DNA of 64,000 nt from Terriglobia bacterium. Lineage in GTDB: Bacteria; Acidobacteriota; Terriglobia; Bryobacterales; Bryobacteraceae. Position numbers and translations under genes: made by a program. The notes beneath the pieces were generated by a model, which saw nothing but the letters and a program-made list of their open reading frames with translations, had not been told where the DNA came from and did no database searches. The stretch lies in the NCBI GenBank assembly GCA_963739705.1, contig CAVUBR010000016.1, positions 58,964-122,963 on the forward strand, written 5' to 3'. The number at the start of each line of letters is the position of its first letter. Within the stretch, counting starts at the first letter, position 1. This document shows, one piece after another, positions 19,948 through 27,545 of the stretch.

Positions 19948-20153
19948 ACCGCAACGTCGAGAAACTGAACGTGCGACTCAGGCTCCCGCCCCTCTTCCTT
20001 CAGGACCTCGAGCACGCCGACGATCGCCTCGCGGATGTTGTCCCTAAGCTCATCCACGGTTTCGCCTTGCGAGTAGCAGCCTGGCAGCGCAGGAACCTCG
20101 CCCCAAAATCCGCCATCCGGGTCTTCATGGATGACAACGGTGTATTTCTGCAC
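19944..20153 (-). CDS. hicB: HicB family antitoxin (UPF0150 fold, no obvious DNA-binding extension)
   Basis: MQKYTVVIHEDPDGGFWGEVPALPGCYSQGETVDELRDNIREAIVGVLE is the canonical HicB N-terminal domain. Confidence 0.75.
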   Translation of the reverse strand: MQKYTVVIHEDPDGGFWGEVPALPGCYSQGETVDELRDNIREAIVGVLEVLKEEGREPESHVQFLDVAV

Positions 20154-20206
20154 TCCTCAATTTTCCCATAACGGACACGAATTAATCAGCACGCCCGCAG
20201 CTGTTC

Positions 20207-21742
20207 TTAGCGAAGGGTGACGCTGCGTTGTGGAACTAGGGCAAAGTTTTCGATCGAAATCAGAGCACTCCGATCGATCCTGAGTGCCGAGCGATGAAAT
20301 AGTACCTGAATCTCGTCAAACTCCTGTATGCGGGCGTTCTGAGGAACTGGAAAATCGAGGACTTCTGTCACCGGGATCGCGGCCAAGTACAATGGCTGGA
20401 CCTTCGGCAGCGACAACACGTCCCGTTTCCCCAAACTTTGGAAAGGTTGGCCTGGTGCCTGGGTGTCGACCAAGAGAAGTTCGAGTGCTATTGTTCTCGG
20501 ATAGCGGTCTGCGTTTGAGATAGTAAGCTCAATTGAGCGACAACATCCCAGATCGATGAGATGTTTCAGCTTCTGGATCGCCTTCATGGACATCGGTTTT
20601 TGGTCTGTAGTTACAAAGGAGAGCCCTAGTGGACTCGCTCTGCGAAAATATGAACCCGCTGGTGGCGCGATCTGCGGACGCTTGAACATCCAATACTGTC
20701 CTGAGAATCGCATGCTGAATCGAGCGCGGGGGGCAGACGACGGAGGACTCGAAAGCCATGGTGATGGAGGCGCGGTCAGCACGCTATCAGCAGCCCTTAC
20801 GTAAGGCCACAGGATCACGCCGGGGTAACTGGCGTCAGTAATTTCAATGCTGCTGGATGGCTCGTAGAGTGTGGTTACTAGTTCGGTCGGTCTACCGGAT
20901 TCGGTCTGCGTGGTCGCTGTCCGGATCAAGGCTCGCACCTTCTTAAGCGGATTACTGGTTCGCACTTTAGGATCTGGCTCTCCCCCTGGTTGGGAAGCTG
21001 AATTAAAGCCAAGCTCTCTGCCTCCTACCGTCAGACCGGCGGCTAAGATTAAGGAGAGCAGAATTCGCAGGAGCGAATTCTGAGAAGTGGCCGGTCCACC
21101 TAGGTTGTAGACTCCCGCGACCAGACATAACAACGTCAGAGTAACAGCGCTGAAGCATAGTAGCAGGGCCGCCAAGAGCGGAGTTCCCACCCAAACAGCC
21201 ACCATGGTCGTTTGGCCACCCAGAGCGACCACGAATGCCGAGACCCGAAGCCACGTGTCCAGGCGAACGGACCCAGGGCCGGCGCCTTCGAGTTCCGCCC
21301 ACTGGGAATACATCAGTCGTGTTGAGCTGACGGCTAGCGCCAGCGCAGCCACTAACACCGCGGGCGTCAAGTCGCAAAGCAAAATTGCAGTTGGCGTCAA
21401 CCATACCGCGGTTCGCGCGGTCCGCAGAGAGATGCGGAGGACGTCTGGCTTCACGGAGCGCACGCTTACCAGTTGGAAGACGATCATGATCGTCCCACTG
21501 CAGACCAGAGCAAGAAACGCATCGGCCAGAGCCTGAACTGCGATATTTGCCGTAGACTCGCGGTACAGTCGAGCAGAAACAGTTAGCGACCATACGATCC
21601 AACTGGTAGCGGACAGGCTGGCGAACGGCATCAATAGGACTAGCCAAGGTTGCGGTTTCCACGGCTCTGTAGGAGGCAACCCGGCGACCAGCCGATTCTC
21701 AAAACCCGGCATGGAATGGCATACCAACTGTTTCTCTCTCAC
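20207..21742 (-). CDS. Unknown membrane protein: about 7 TM helices plus a roughly 230-aa C-terminal soluble domain
   Basis: 511-aa ORF. Its ATG overlaps the stop of the ADOP permease (4-nt overlap at 21739-21742). Hydrophobic segments run through about residue 240. A polar linker follows (SASQPGGEPDPKVRTSNPLKK), then a beta-rich-looking domain (YPGVILWPYV...FSGQYWMFKRPQ...IELTISNADRYPRTIALELLLVD...). I recognise no family. The 3' half is only about 50% GC. Confidence 0.6.
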   Translation of the reverse strand: MREKQLVCHSMPGFENRLVAGLPPTEPWKPQPWLVLLMPFASLSATSWIVWSLTVSARLYRESTANIAVQALADAFLALVCSGTIMIVFQLVSVRSVKPDVLRISLRTARTAVWLTPTAILLCDLTPAVLVAALALAVSSTRLMYSQWAELEGAGPGSVRLDTWLRVSAFVVALGGQTTMVAVWVGTPLLAALLLCFSAVTLTLLCLVAGVYNLGGPATSQNSLLRILLSLILAAGLTVGGRELGFNSASQPGGEPDPKVRTSNPLKKVRALIRTATTQTESGRPTELVTTLYEPSSSIEITDASYPGVILWPYVRAADSVLTAPPSPWLSSPPSSAPRARFSMRFSGQYWMFKRPQIAPPAGSYFRRASPLGLSFVTTDQKPMSMKAIQKLKHLIDLGCCRSIELTISNADRYPRTIALELLLVDTQAPGQPFQSLGKRDVLSLPKVQPLYLAAIPVTEVLDFPVPQNARIQEFDEIQVLFHRSALRIDRSALISIENFALVPQRSVTLR

Positions 21743-24429
21743 TCTTCGCGCAAAGCTGCCATCGGATCGATGCGTATCGCACGGAGTGCCGGCCCAAGAG
21801 ATGCAAGTAATATGATGACGGCCAGCAGTCCCGAAGTGACCGCGAACGTTATGGGATCAAGCTCGCTCACACCGTACAGCATCGATCGGATGTATCGCGT
21901 GAGCGCCCAGGCGCCTCCGATACCTACGACGACGGCCAATACCAACAAGACGGAAGTCTCGCCAAGCACCATTCGCAGCACGTCCCCAGACTGTGCGCCC
22001 ATTGCCGTGCGGATGCCGATCTCGCGAGTGCGCCGCGCAACCAAGTAGGACATCGTTCCGTAGACTCCGGCTGCGGCGAGAAGAATCGCAATCAGAGCGA
22101 AACCTCCAATTAGCGTCAATTGGAAGCGCTCCGGCGCGAGGGCCGCACCCCTCAGCTCATCCATGGTCTTCACATCGGAAATAGGTTGATCCCGATCGAC
22201 GGCGCGGACTTGCTGCTCCACCGCCCGAATCGCCATCCTCGGGTCACCATCTGTTCGCAGCATGAAGGTCGCGCGGAAAAGAGGGCTGCCGGCGCATGTG
22301 CAGCGGTAGATCATCGACGGCGGCTCCGCCCACAGGGCGGCACCGCGAATGTTGCCTACCACACCCACGATTGTCCATGTGACGCCGCGCTCGATATCGG
22401 GTCCATACGCGATTTGCCGGCCTAGCGGGTCCTCACTGGGGAAGATCCGCCGGACAAAAGCTTCATTTACCACCACCGGCTCAGCCCGCACGAAAGCAAA
22501 ATCCACAGTTTCCGATCGGGCTACATCGCTCGCGTCGAACATCCGGCCACGTTTCAGTGGAATTTCCAAAGTGTGGAAGAACTCCGGGCTTACAAGTGTG
22601 TTATCGATGATCGGCCGATTCAGGAACGGCACCAGGGGCCGACCGACAACACGAATTCGCCCGCCGATATAGAAAGCTTCGTCGCCCAGTGGGATCGCCG
22701 ACACCATCGTGGCCCCACGCACCATGTGCAGTTGCTTCAGCCGCTCGAGGATCTCCGAATAGAACGGACCGTAGTTGCGGCCGAACGGACCGATCGGGTT
22801 CACGCGAAACGTGAGCAAATGGTCGGAGGTCAAGCTGGTTCGCGCCAAGTGAAGAAAACTCCGTGTCAACAGACCGGCACCGATCAGCAATACCAGAGTG
22901 ATAGCAATCTCCCCAAGCACTAACATTTTCCGCAGGTGCGTTGAGCCCCTTGCGTGACTGTGGGTCACGCTCGCGCACTTCAGGGCCTCGTGAATGTGGA
23001 CTCCAGCCGCAGATGCCGCGGGAACAACGCCAAATAGCATTGCACTCCCGAGCGTGAGCACGACTGTAAACACAAGAACGTGCCAGTCCAGAGAAATAGC
23101 TGGATAGCGAATAAGAATCCCCGGTTTGGCTGCGTCGAGTACACCCACGGCCACCGACGCGAGTCCAATTCCCGCCAGACCGCCGGGTAATGCAAGCACC
23201 AAACTCTCCGTTAGCATCTGCCGGATGATTCGCCCGCGCCCGGACCCCAGTGCCAGGCGTACGGCCAGTTCGCGCCGACGATTCCCGGCGCGCGCCAGGA
23301 GCAGATTCGCTAGGTTGACGCAGGCGATCAATAGAACCAAGCCCACCGTGCCCGTGAGCATCAGAAGTGCGGGCCGCACTGGTCCGGTAAGATGCTCCTG
23401 CAGCGGACCGGCGGCGATCCTCAAGTCCGTCCGAAAACCCGTCTTCTGGAATTCCTTTGGATACTGGGCGCGAATCGCGAGTGTCAGGCGATTCATCTCT
23501 GCGCTGATCTCTCGCGCCGTTATGTCAGCCTTACGCCGGGCGACGATCGAGACAATGAACACACCCCGCCTGGCAGACAGAGGGAAGCTCTGAGTAGATT
23601 CGTCCAGCGAAGATGGCAGCCATACCTCGGATCCTCGCGGATAGTCGAAGCCCTGTGGCATCACGCCGATAATTGTGTGCGGCAGTCGGTCCAGCGCAAT
23701 CGTTTTGCCCACAACAGATGGGTCGCCACCCAAACGATTCCTCCAGAAGGCATAGCTCACGACTGCGACCGCCGGTGACTTCGGCCCCTCCTCGTCCGTC
23801 GCTAGATACCGCCCCAGCATCGGTTGCATGCCCATGACTTGGAAAAACGATGCCGACACCTCCCCGGCGTCCAGTTGCTCAGGCCTTTCCACTCCCGTCC
23901 AGTTCACCGGGGCCGAATTGAACGCGGCAACGTCTTCGAAAATCCGGTTCTGTTCTCTCAGGGCGAAGTAGTCCGGAGCGACTCCGACGTCCTGATGAGC
24001 TGGCCCCGAAGTCTCACTGATCCAGTCAATCCGATCGGAGTAGGGATATGGAAGCGGCCGGACCAAAATCGAGTTCGCAACGCTAAATACCGTCGTGTTG
24101 GCGCCGATGCAAACGGCGAGCGTTAGCGTCGCGACCAAAGCCAGGAACGGATCGCGGCGCAGGCTACGAACCGCATAGCTCGAATCGTCCCAGAGATTCT
24201 CGATCGCTCTAGTTTTTCTGCTATCTCTGCACTCTTCTTTATGCTGCGTAACGCGGCCGAACTGCCGTAGCGCCGCGTTGTGAGCCTCTGCGGCGCTCAT
24301 CCCAGCAGCCAAGTTCTTCTGGACCTGCAGGTCAAAGTGAAACTGAATTTCGTCATCCAACTCGCGCTCCACCGCTGCGCGCTGGGATAGTGAACGGAGG
24401 CGAAGGCGCAGTATTTGGAGCCACCTCAT
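21739..24429 (-). CDS. ABC-type permease, ADOP family (duplicated MacB-like periplasmic domain plus FtsX, TIGR03434-type)
   Basis: 896 aa. The N-terminal prefix MRWLQILRLRLRSLSQRAAVERELDDEIQFHFD is followed by VRSLRRDPFLALVATLTLAVCIGANTTVFSVANSILVRPLPYP. Two FtsX-type 4-TM modules are present. Confidence 0.9.
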   Translation of the reverse strand: MRWLQILRLRLRSLSQRAAVERELDDEIQFHFDLQVQKNLAAGMSAAEAHNAALRQFGRVTQHKEECRDSRKTRAIENLWDDSSYAVRSLRRDPFLALVATLTLAVCIGANTTVFSVANSILVRPLPYPYSDRIDWISETSGPAHQDVGVAPDYFALREQNRIFEDVAAFNSAPVNWTGVERPEQLDAGEVSASFFQVMGMQPMLGRYLATDEEGPKSPAVAVVSYAFWRNRLGGDPSVVGKTIALDRLPHTIIGVMPQGFDYPRGSEVWLPSSLDESTQSFPLSARRGVFIVSIVARRKADITAREISAEMNRLTLAIRAQYPKEFQKTGFRTDLRIAAGPLQEHLTGPVRPALLMLTGTVGLVLLIACVNLANLLLARAGNRRRELAVRLALGSGRGRIIRQMLTESLVLALPGGLAGIGLASVAVGVLDAAKPGILIRYPAISLDWHVLVFTVVLTLGSAMLFGVVPAASAAGVHIHEALKCASVTHSHARGSTHLRKMLVLGEIAITLVLLIGAGLLTRSFLHLARTSLTSDHLLTFRVNPIGPFGRNYGPFYSEILERLKQLHMVRGATMVSAIPLGDEAFYIGGRIRVVGRPLVPFLNRPIIDNTLVSPEFFHTLEIPLKRGRMFDASDVARSETVDFAFVRAEPVVVNEAFVRRIFPSEDPLGRQIAYGPDIERGVTWTIVGVVGNIRGAALWAEPPSMIYRCTCAGSPLFRATFMLRTDGDPRMAIRAVEQQVRAVDRDQPISDVKTMDELRGAALAPERFQLTLIGGFALIAILLAAAGVYGTMSYLVARRTREIGIRTAMGAQSGDVLRMVLGETSVLLVLAVVVGIGGAWALTRYIRSMLYGVSELDPITFAVTSGLLAVIILLASLGPALRAIRIDPMAALREE

Positions 24430-24438
24430 CAGAGTCCC

Positions 24439-24765
24439 TTAGGCCCGTACAATCGCAGAAATAGCAGTGGAAAGCCGTTCCCAACTGATCGTCTCACGCT
24501 CAAGTTGTCGTCGGCCTGCCCTGGTCAGTGAGTAATACTTGGCTCGGCGGTTATTATCGCTCTCGCCCCATTCGGCCTGAATCCAGCCTTGCTGCTCAAG
24601 CCGGTGCAGAGCAGGATAGAGTGAGCCTTGCTGCACTTGCAATACGTCTTTCGAAATCTGTTGAATGCGCTGCCCGACCGCCCACCCGTGCATCGGTCCT
24701 AGCGAAAGCGTTTTCAGGATTAGTAGATCCAATGTTCCCTGGACGAGGTCGGTCGGTTTCGCCAC
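24439..24765 (-). CDS. PadR family transcriptional regulator (acidobacterial PadR type)
   Basis: [80 protein letters not shown]. It lies 10 nt upstream of the permease gene. Confidence 0.9.
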   Translation of the reverse strand: MAKPTDLVQGTLDLLILKTLSLGPMHGWAVGQRIQQISKDVLQVQQGSLYPALHRLEQQGWIQAEWGESDNNRRAKYYSLTRAGRRQLERETISWERLSTAISAIVRA

Positions 24766-24780
24766 AGCGCTATATCTCCC

Positions 24781-24814
24781 CTACTCCTAGATAATCTACA
24801 ATAACTCTACTCCT
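24781..24814. promoter_or_regulatory. Candidate PadR operator: palindrome TAGAT-A-ATCTA (24788-24798) flanked by direct CTACTCCT repeats (24781-24788 and 24807-24814)
   Basis: Read directly from the sequence. It starts 16 nt upstream of the padR start codon and is AT-rich in a GC-rich genome. Assigning it to PadR is inference. Confidence 0.3.
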
Positions 24815-25310
24815 GCTCTTGAAGATCGTCAAGGGGAAGACAGTCGGTCCGGTCCCAGGACGAGTAAGAACGGGAATGTCGATCTCTGCAGTGCAGTCGG
24901 CAATTGGTCGTATAGGGCGTACTTTCGGCCAGCAGCCCGCCTGACTGTCCCGACACGCGGTCCCTAAGCACAGCGCTTGTGCGCATTAACGTTGCCTAGG
25001 CAAATATTCGTTGCTGGCGCCACAACCAGTTACGCCATACCCCCAGGCATCCGCTGAACCAGTTAGGCGTAGCATGTCTTGATGGACCAAAGCATCGCCA
25101 TGATTCCCGCCCAAACCGACGCTTTGTTGAAAATGCACAACTTGCCTGGCTTCGTTTTTCAGATTTGCAATTCAAATCCCCACCGCCCGCACGGAACCCC
25201 CTACATGCGTCAAACCCGTCGCCCAGAAAGGCCGCCCACCCGCCAATTTTGCACAAAATTAGCGCGTTCGCTCCCCCAGCCTCCTGCGTATTAGTCCATG
25301 AAAGGCAACG

Positions 25311-25859
25311 GTGACCCCCAGCTTGGCCCAGCATGCAGCCCTCGGGCGCGCGGCCGTCGACTCGGACCGCGCCTTCGAATCCGCCGTCCGCCAACACCAG
25401 GCCATGGTCTTCAGCGTCGCTTACCACTTCTTGCAGGATCACGCCGCCGCCGAAGAGGTCGCCCAGGAAGTTTTTCTCGAACTCTACCGGCACTGGCACG
25501 AGCTCTGCTCCGACGAACACCGCCTGCACTGGCTGCGCAAAGTCGCCAGCCGCCGCTCCATCGATCAGGGCCGCCGCCGCAAACTCCGCCGCCACGTGAG
25601 CCTGGACGACGCGCCCGAGCCGTTCTCCTGGATGCCCGCCACTGACCCGGTGGTCAAGCGCTACATCGAGCAGCTCCTCTCCAAACTCCCCGAAGCGCCC
25701 CGCATGATCGTGATCCTGCGCTACCAGGAAGGACTCGAGCCGGCCGAAATCGCCGACCTGCTCGACATGCCGCTCGCCACCGTGAAAAGCCACCTGCACA
25801 GGTCGCTGGCGCCGCTGCGCCGCAAAATGACGTTCACCACCCCCGAGGAGTCCATATGA
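25311..25859 (+). CDS. RNA polymerase sigma-70 factor, ECF subfamily
   Basis: Region 2: AEEVAQEVFLELYRHW. Region 4: PRMIVILRYQEGLEPAEIADLLDMPLATVKSHLHRS. GTG start. Confidence 0.85.
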   Translation: MTPSLAQHAALGRAAVDSDRAFESAVRQHQAMVFSVAYHFLQDHAAAEEVAQEVFLELYRHWHELCSDEHRLHWLRKVASRRSIDQGRRRKLRRHVSLDDAPEPFSWMPATDPVVKRYIEQLLSKLPEAPRMIVILRYQEGLEPAEIADLLDMPLATVKSHLHRSLAPLRRKMTFTTPEESI

Positions 25860-26176
25860 CGGATTTTGAAGATCAGCTTCGCCGAGCGCTGGAGCGCAAA
25901 GACCCTTCGCCAGATTTCGCCGCGCGCGTGCTGGCGCGAGTCTCCGCCAAGCGCCGCCCGCGCGCCATCGCCAATTGGTTCCAATGGCCCGCCTGGACTG
26001 CCGCGGCCGTCGCCGCCTCTCTGCTGCTCGCATCCACCGGACTCGATCTCGAGCGCCGCCAGCGCCTCGCCCGCGAACAAGGTCAAGAAGCTCGCGCCCA
26101 ACTGCTCCAGGCCATGGAAATCACTTCCGCGCAGCTCAACAAGATTCATAAGAAAGTCCAAGGTGCCGTACGATGA
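25856..26176 (+). CDS. Putative anti-sigma factor (single-pass membrane protein)
   Basis: ATGA overlap with the sigma gene. 106 aa, with an N-terminal cytoplasmic segment and one TM helix (WPAWTAAAVAASLLLASTG). The assignment rests on position and architecture only. Confidence 0.5.
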   Translation: MTDFEDQLRRALERKDPSPDFAARVLARVSAKRRPRAIANWFQWPAWTAAAVAASLLLASTGLDLERRQRLAREQGQEARAQLLQAMEITSAQLNKIHKKVQGAVR

Positions 26177-26706
26177 AACATTCTCTATTACTTCTGTTGT
26201 TTATCTCTCCGCTGGCGTTGGCCCAGCCTTTGAAGCTCGACAGCCTCGATAAGCTCGCCTCCAAGGCGACCGAGACCGTCAAGGTCACTCTGGACAACAA
26301 GCTCTTAGGCCTGGCCTCCCGCTTTCTCTCCAATGACGATCCCGACGAAGCCCAGGTCAAACAGCTGGTCAAGGGTCTCAAAGGCATCTACGTCCGCAGC
26401 TTCGAATTTTCCAATACCGGCCAATACGCCGACTCCGACCTCGACGCCATCCGCAAACAACTGCACGATGCAAGCTGGAAGCCGATCGTCGAAGTGCACA
26501 CCAAGGACGAGAACGACAACACCGACGTCTACGTCAAGGACGAAGGCGACCACTTCGCCGGCATCGCGATCGTCTCCGCCGAGCCGAAAGAATTGACCGT
26601 GGTCCACATCGACGGAGTAATCGACCTGGATGGCCTGTCGAAGCTGGCGGGCAACTTCGGCATCCCCGACGACATTCGCTCCAAGACCGAAAGGAAGCAC
26701 AAATGA
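26173..26706 (+). CDS. DUF4252 domain protein
   Basis: ATGA overlap with the previous gene and a signal peptide. The protein reads ...LDSLDKLASKATETVKVTLDNKLLGLASRFL...VKGLKGIYVRSFEF...FAGIAIVSAEPKELTVVHIDGVIDLDGLSKL, the usual partner of ECF/anti-sigma pairs. Confidence 0.75.
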   Translation: MKHSLLLLLFISPLALAQPLKLDSLDKLASKATETVKVTLDNKLLGLASRFLSNDDPDEAQVKQLVKGLKGIYVRSFEFSNTGQYADSDLDAIRKQLHDASWKPIVEVHTKDENDNTDVYVKDEGDHFAGIAIVSAEPKELTVVHIDGVIDLDGLSKLAGNFGIPDDIRSKTERKHK

Positions 26707-27545
26707 TTCTGCTGCCGATGCTGCTGTTCTTGGCGCAAGACCCGCTCACCGCCGATGACATCATGGCGCGCGTGGCGGCCAACCAGGATCGCGCCGACCA
26801 GATGCGCGCCGATTTCGTCTATCACCAGGATGTGCTGATTCGCCTGAATCGCAAGAACGGAAAGCTGGCGCGCGAGGAGTACAGCGAATACACCGTCACC
26901 CCTACGGCCGATGGCACCAAGAAAGAGCGCCAGCTTTTCCGCGGTAAGTACATGGATCACGGAAAAGAGGTCGAATTCGACAAGCCCGGCTACGAGCACA
27001 AGAAGTTCGATGCCGACGCAGGCTTCGTAACCAGCCTTGCCGACTCATTCGTCAACGACCAAAAATCCCGCGATGGCATCGAGCACGATTTCTTTCCGCT
27101 CACTTCCAAACAACAGCGCAAGTACGTTTTTCATTTGGAAGGAACAGAAGATTATCGCGGAACGCCCGTTTACCGCATCACTTTCGAGCCCAAGAAAAAG
27201 CCGCCGCTGCTGGACGCCGACGAGATCGGCGACGACGAAGACGTCTGGGCCGGTGAAGCGCTCATCGATCGCGACGAATTCCAGCCGGTCCTAATCACCA
27301 CCACGCTGGCCGAAAAAATTCCGCTGTGGGTCAAGGCCGTGTTCGGAACCGACATCAAAGCGCTGGGCTTCAAAGTGACCTACAAGAAATTCGACCAAGG
27401 CTTGTGGTTCCCAGTCACCTACGGCGGCGAATTTCAGTTGAAAGCCCTGTTTCTCTACTCGCGCAAAATCGGCATCTCAATGCGCAATTCCAATTTCCAC
27501 CACGCCGACGTCCACAGCCACATCACTTACGCAGCGGTTCCCTAA
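26703..27545 (+). CDS. LolA-like / outer-membrane lipoprotein-sorting-like protein
   Basis: ATGA overlap with the previous gene. 280 aa, with the typical opening LTADDIMARVAANQDRADQMRADFVYHQDV and a beta-rich remainder. The family call is moderate. Confidence 0.45.
   Translation: MILLPMLLFLAQDPLTADDIMARVAANQDRADQMRADFVYHQDVLIRLNRKNGKLAREEYSEYTVTPTADGTKKERQLFRGKYMDHGKEVEFDKPGYEHKKFDADAGFVTSLADSFVNDQKSRDGIEHDFFPLTSKQQRKYVFHLEGTEDYRGTPVYRITFEPKKKPPLLDADEIGDDEDVWAGEALIDRDEFQPVLITTTLAEKIPLWVKAVFGTDIKALGFKVTYKKFDQGLWFPVTYGGEFQLKALFLYSRKIGISMRNSNFHHADVHSHITYAAVP

Noticed and set aside
19260-24830. Whether to call the low-GC block a mobile element or genomic island feature.
   Set aside because: No integrase, transposase, tRNA target or terminal repeats could be found. 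It is reported only as a compositional observation, not annotated as a mobile element.
25193-25220. A possible ECF-type autoregulatory promoter, GGAAC (25193-25197) … CGTC (25217-25220), about 90 nt upstream of the sigma gene.
   Set aside because: The spacer is 19 nt, whereas ECF promoters usually have 16-17 nt between the -35 AAC and the -10 CGT. With such short motifs in GC-rich DNA this is within chance expectation.
25079-25294. A 71-aa ORF in the long padR / sigma intergenic region.
   Set aside because: No ribosome-binding site is evident, the composition is odd (…HRPHGTPYMRQTRRPERPPTRQF…) and I recognise no family. I treat the region as non-coding regulatory DNA instead (see the finding at 24968-25065).
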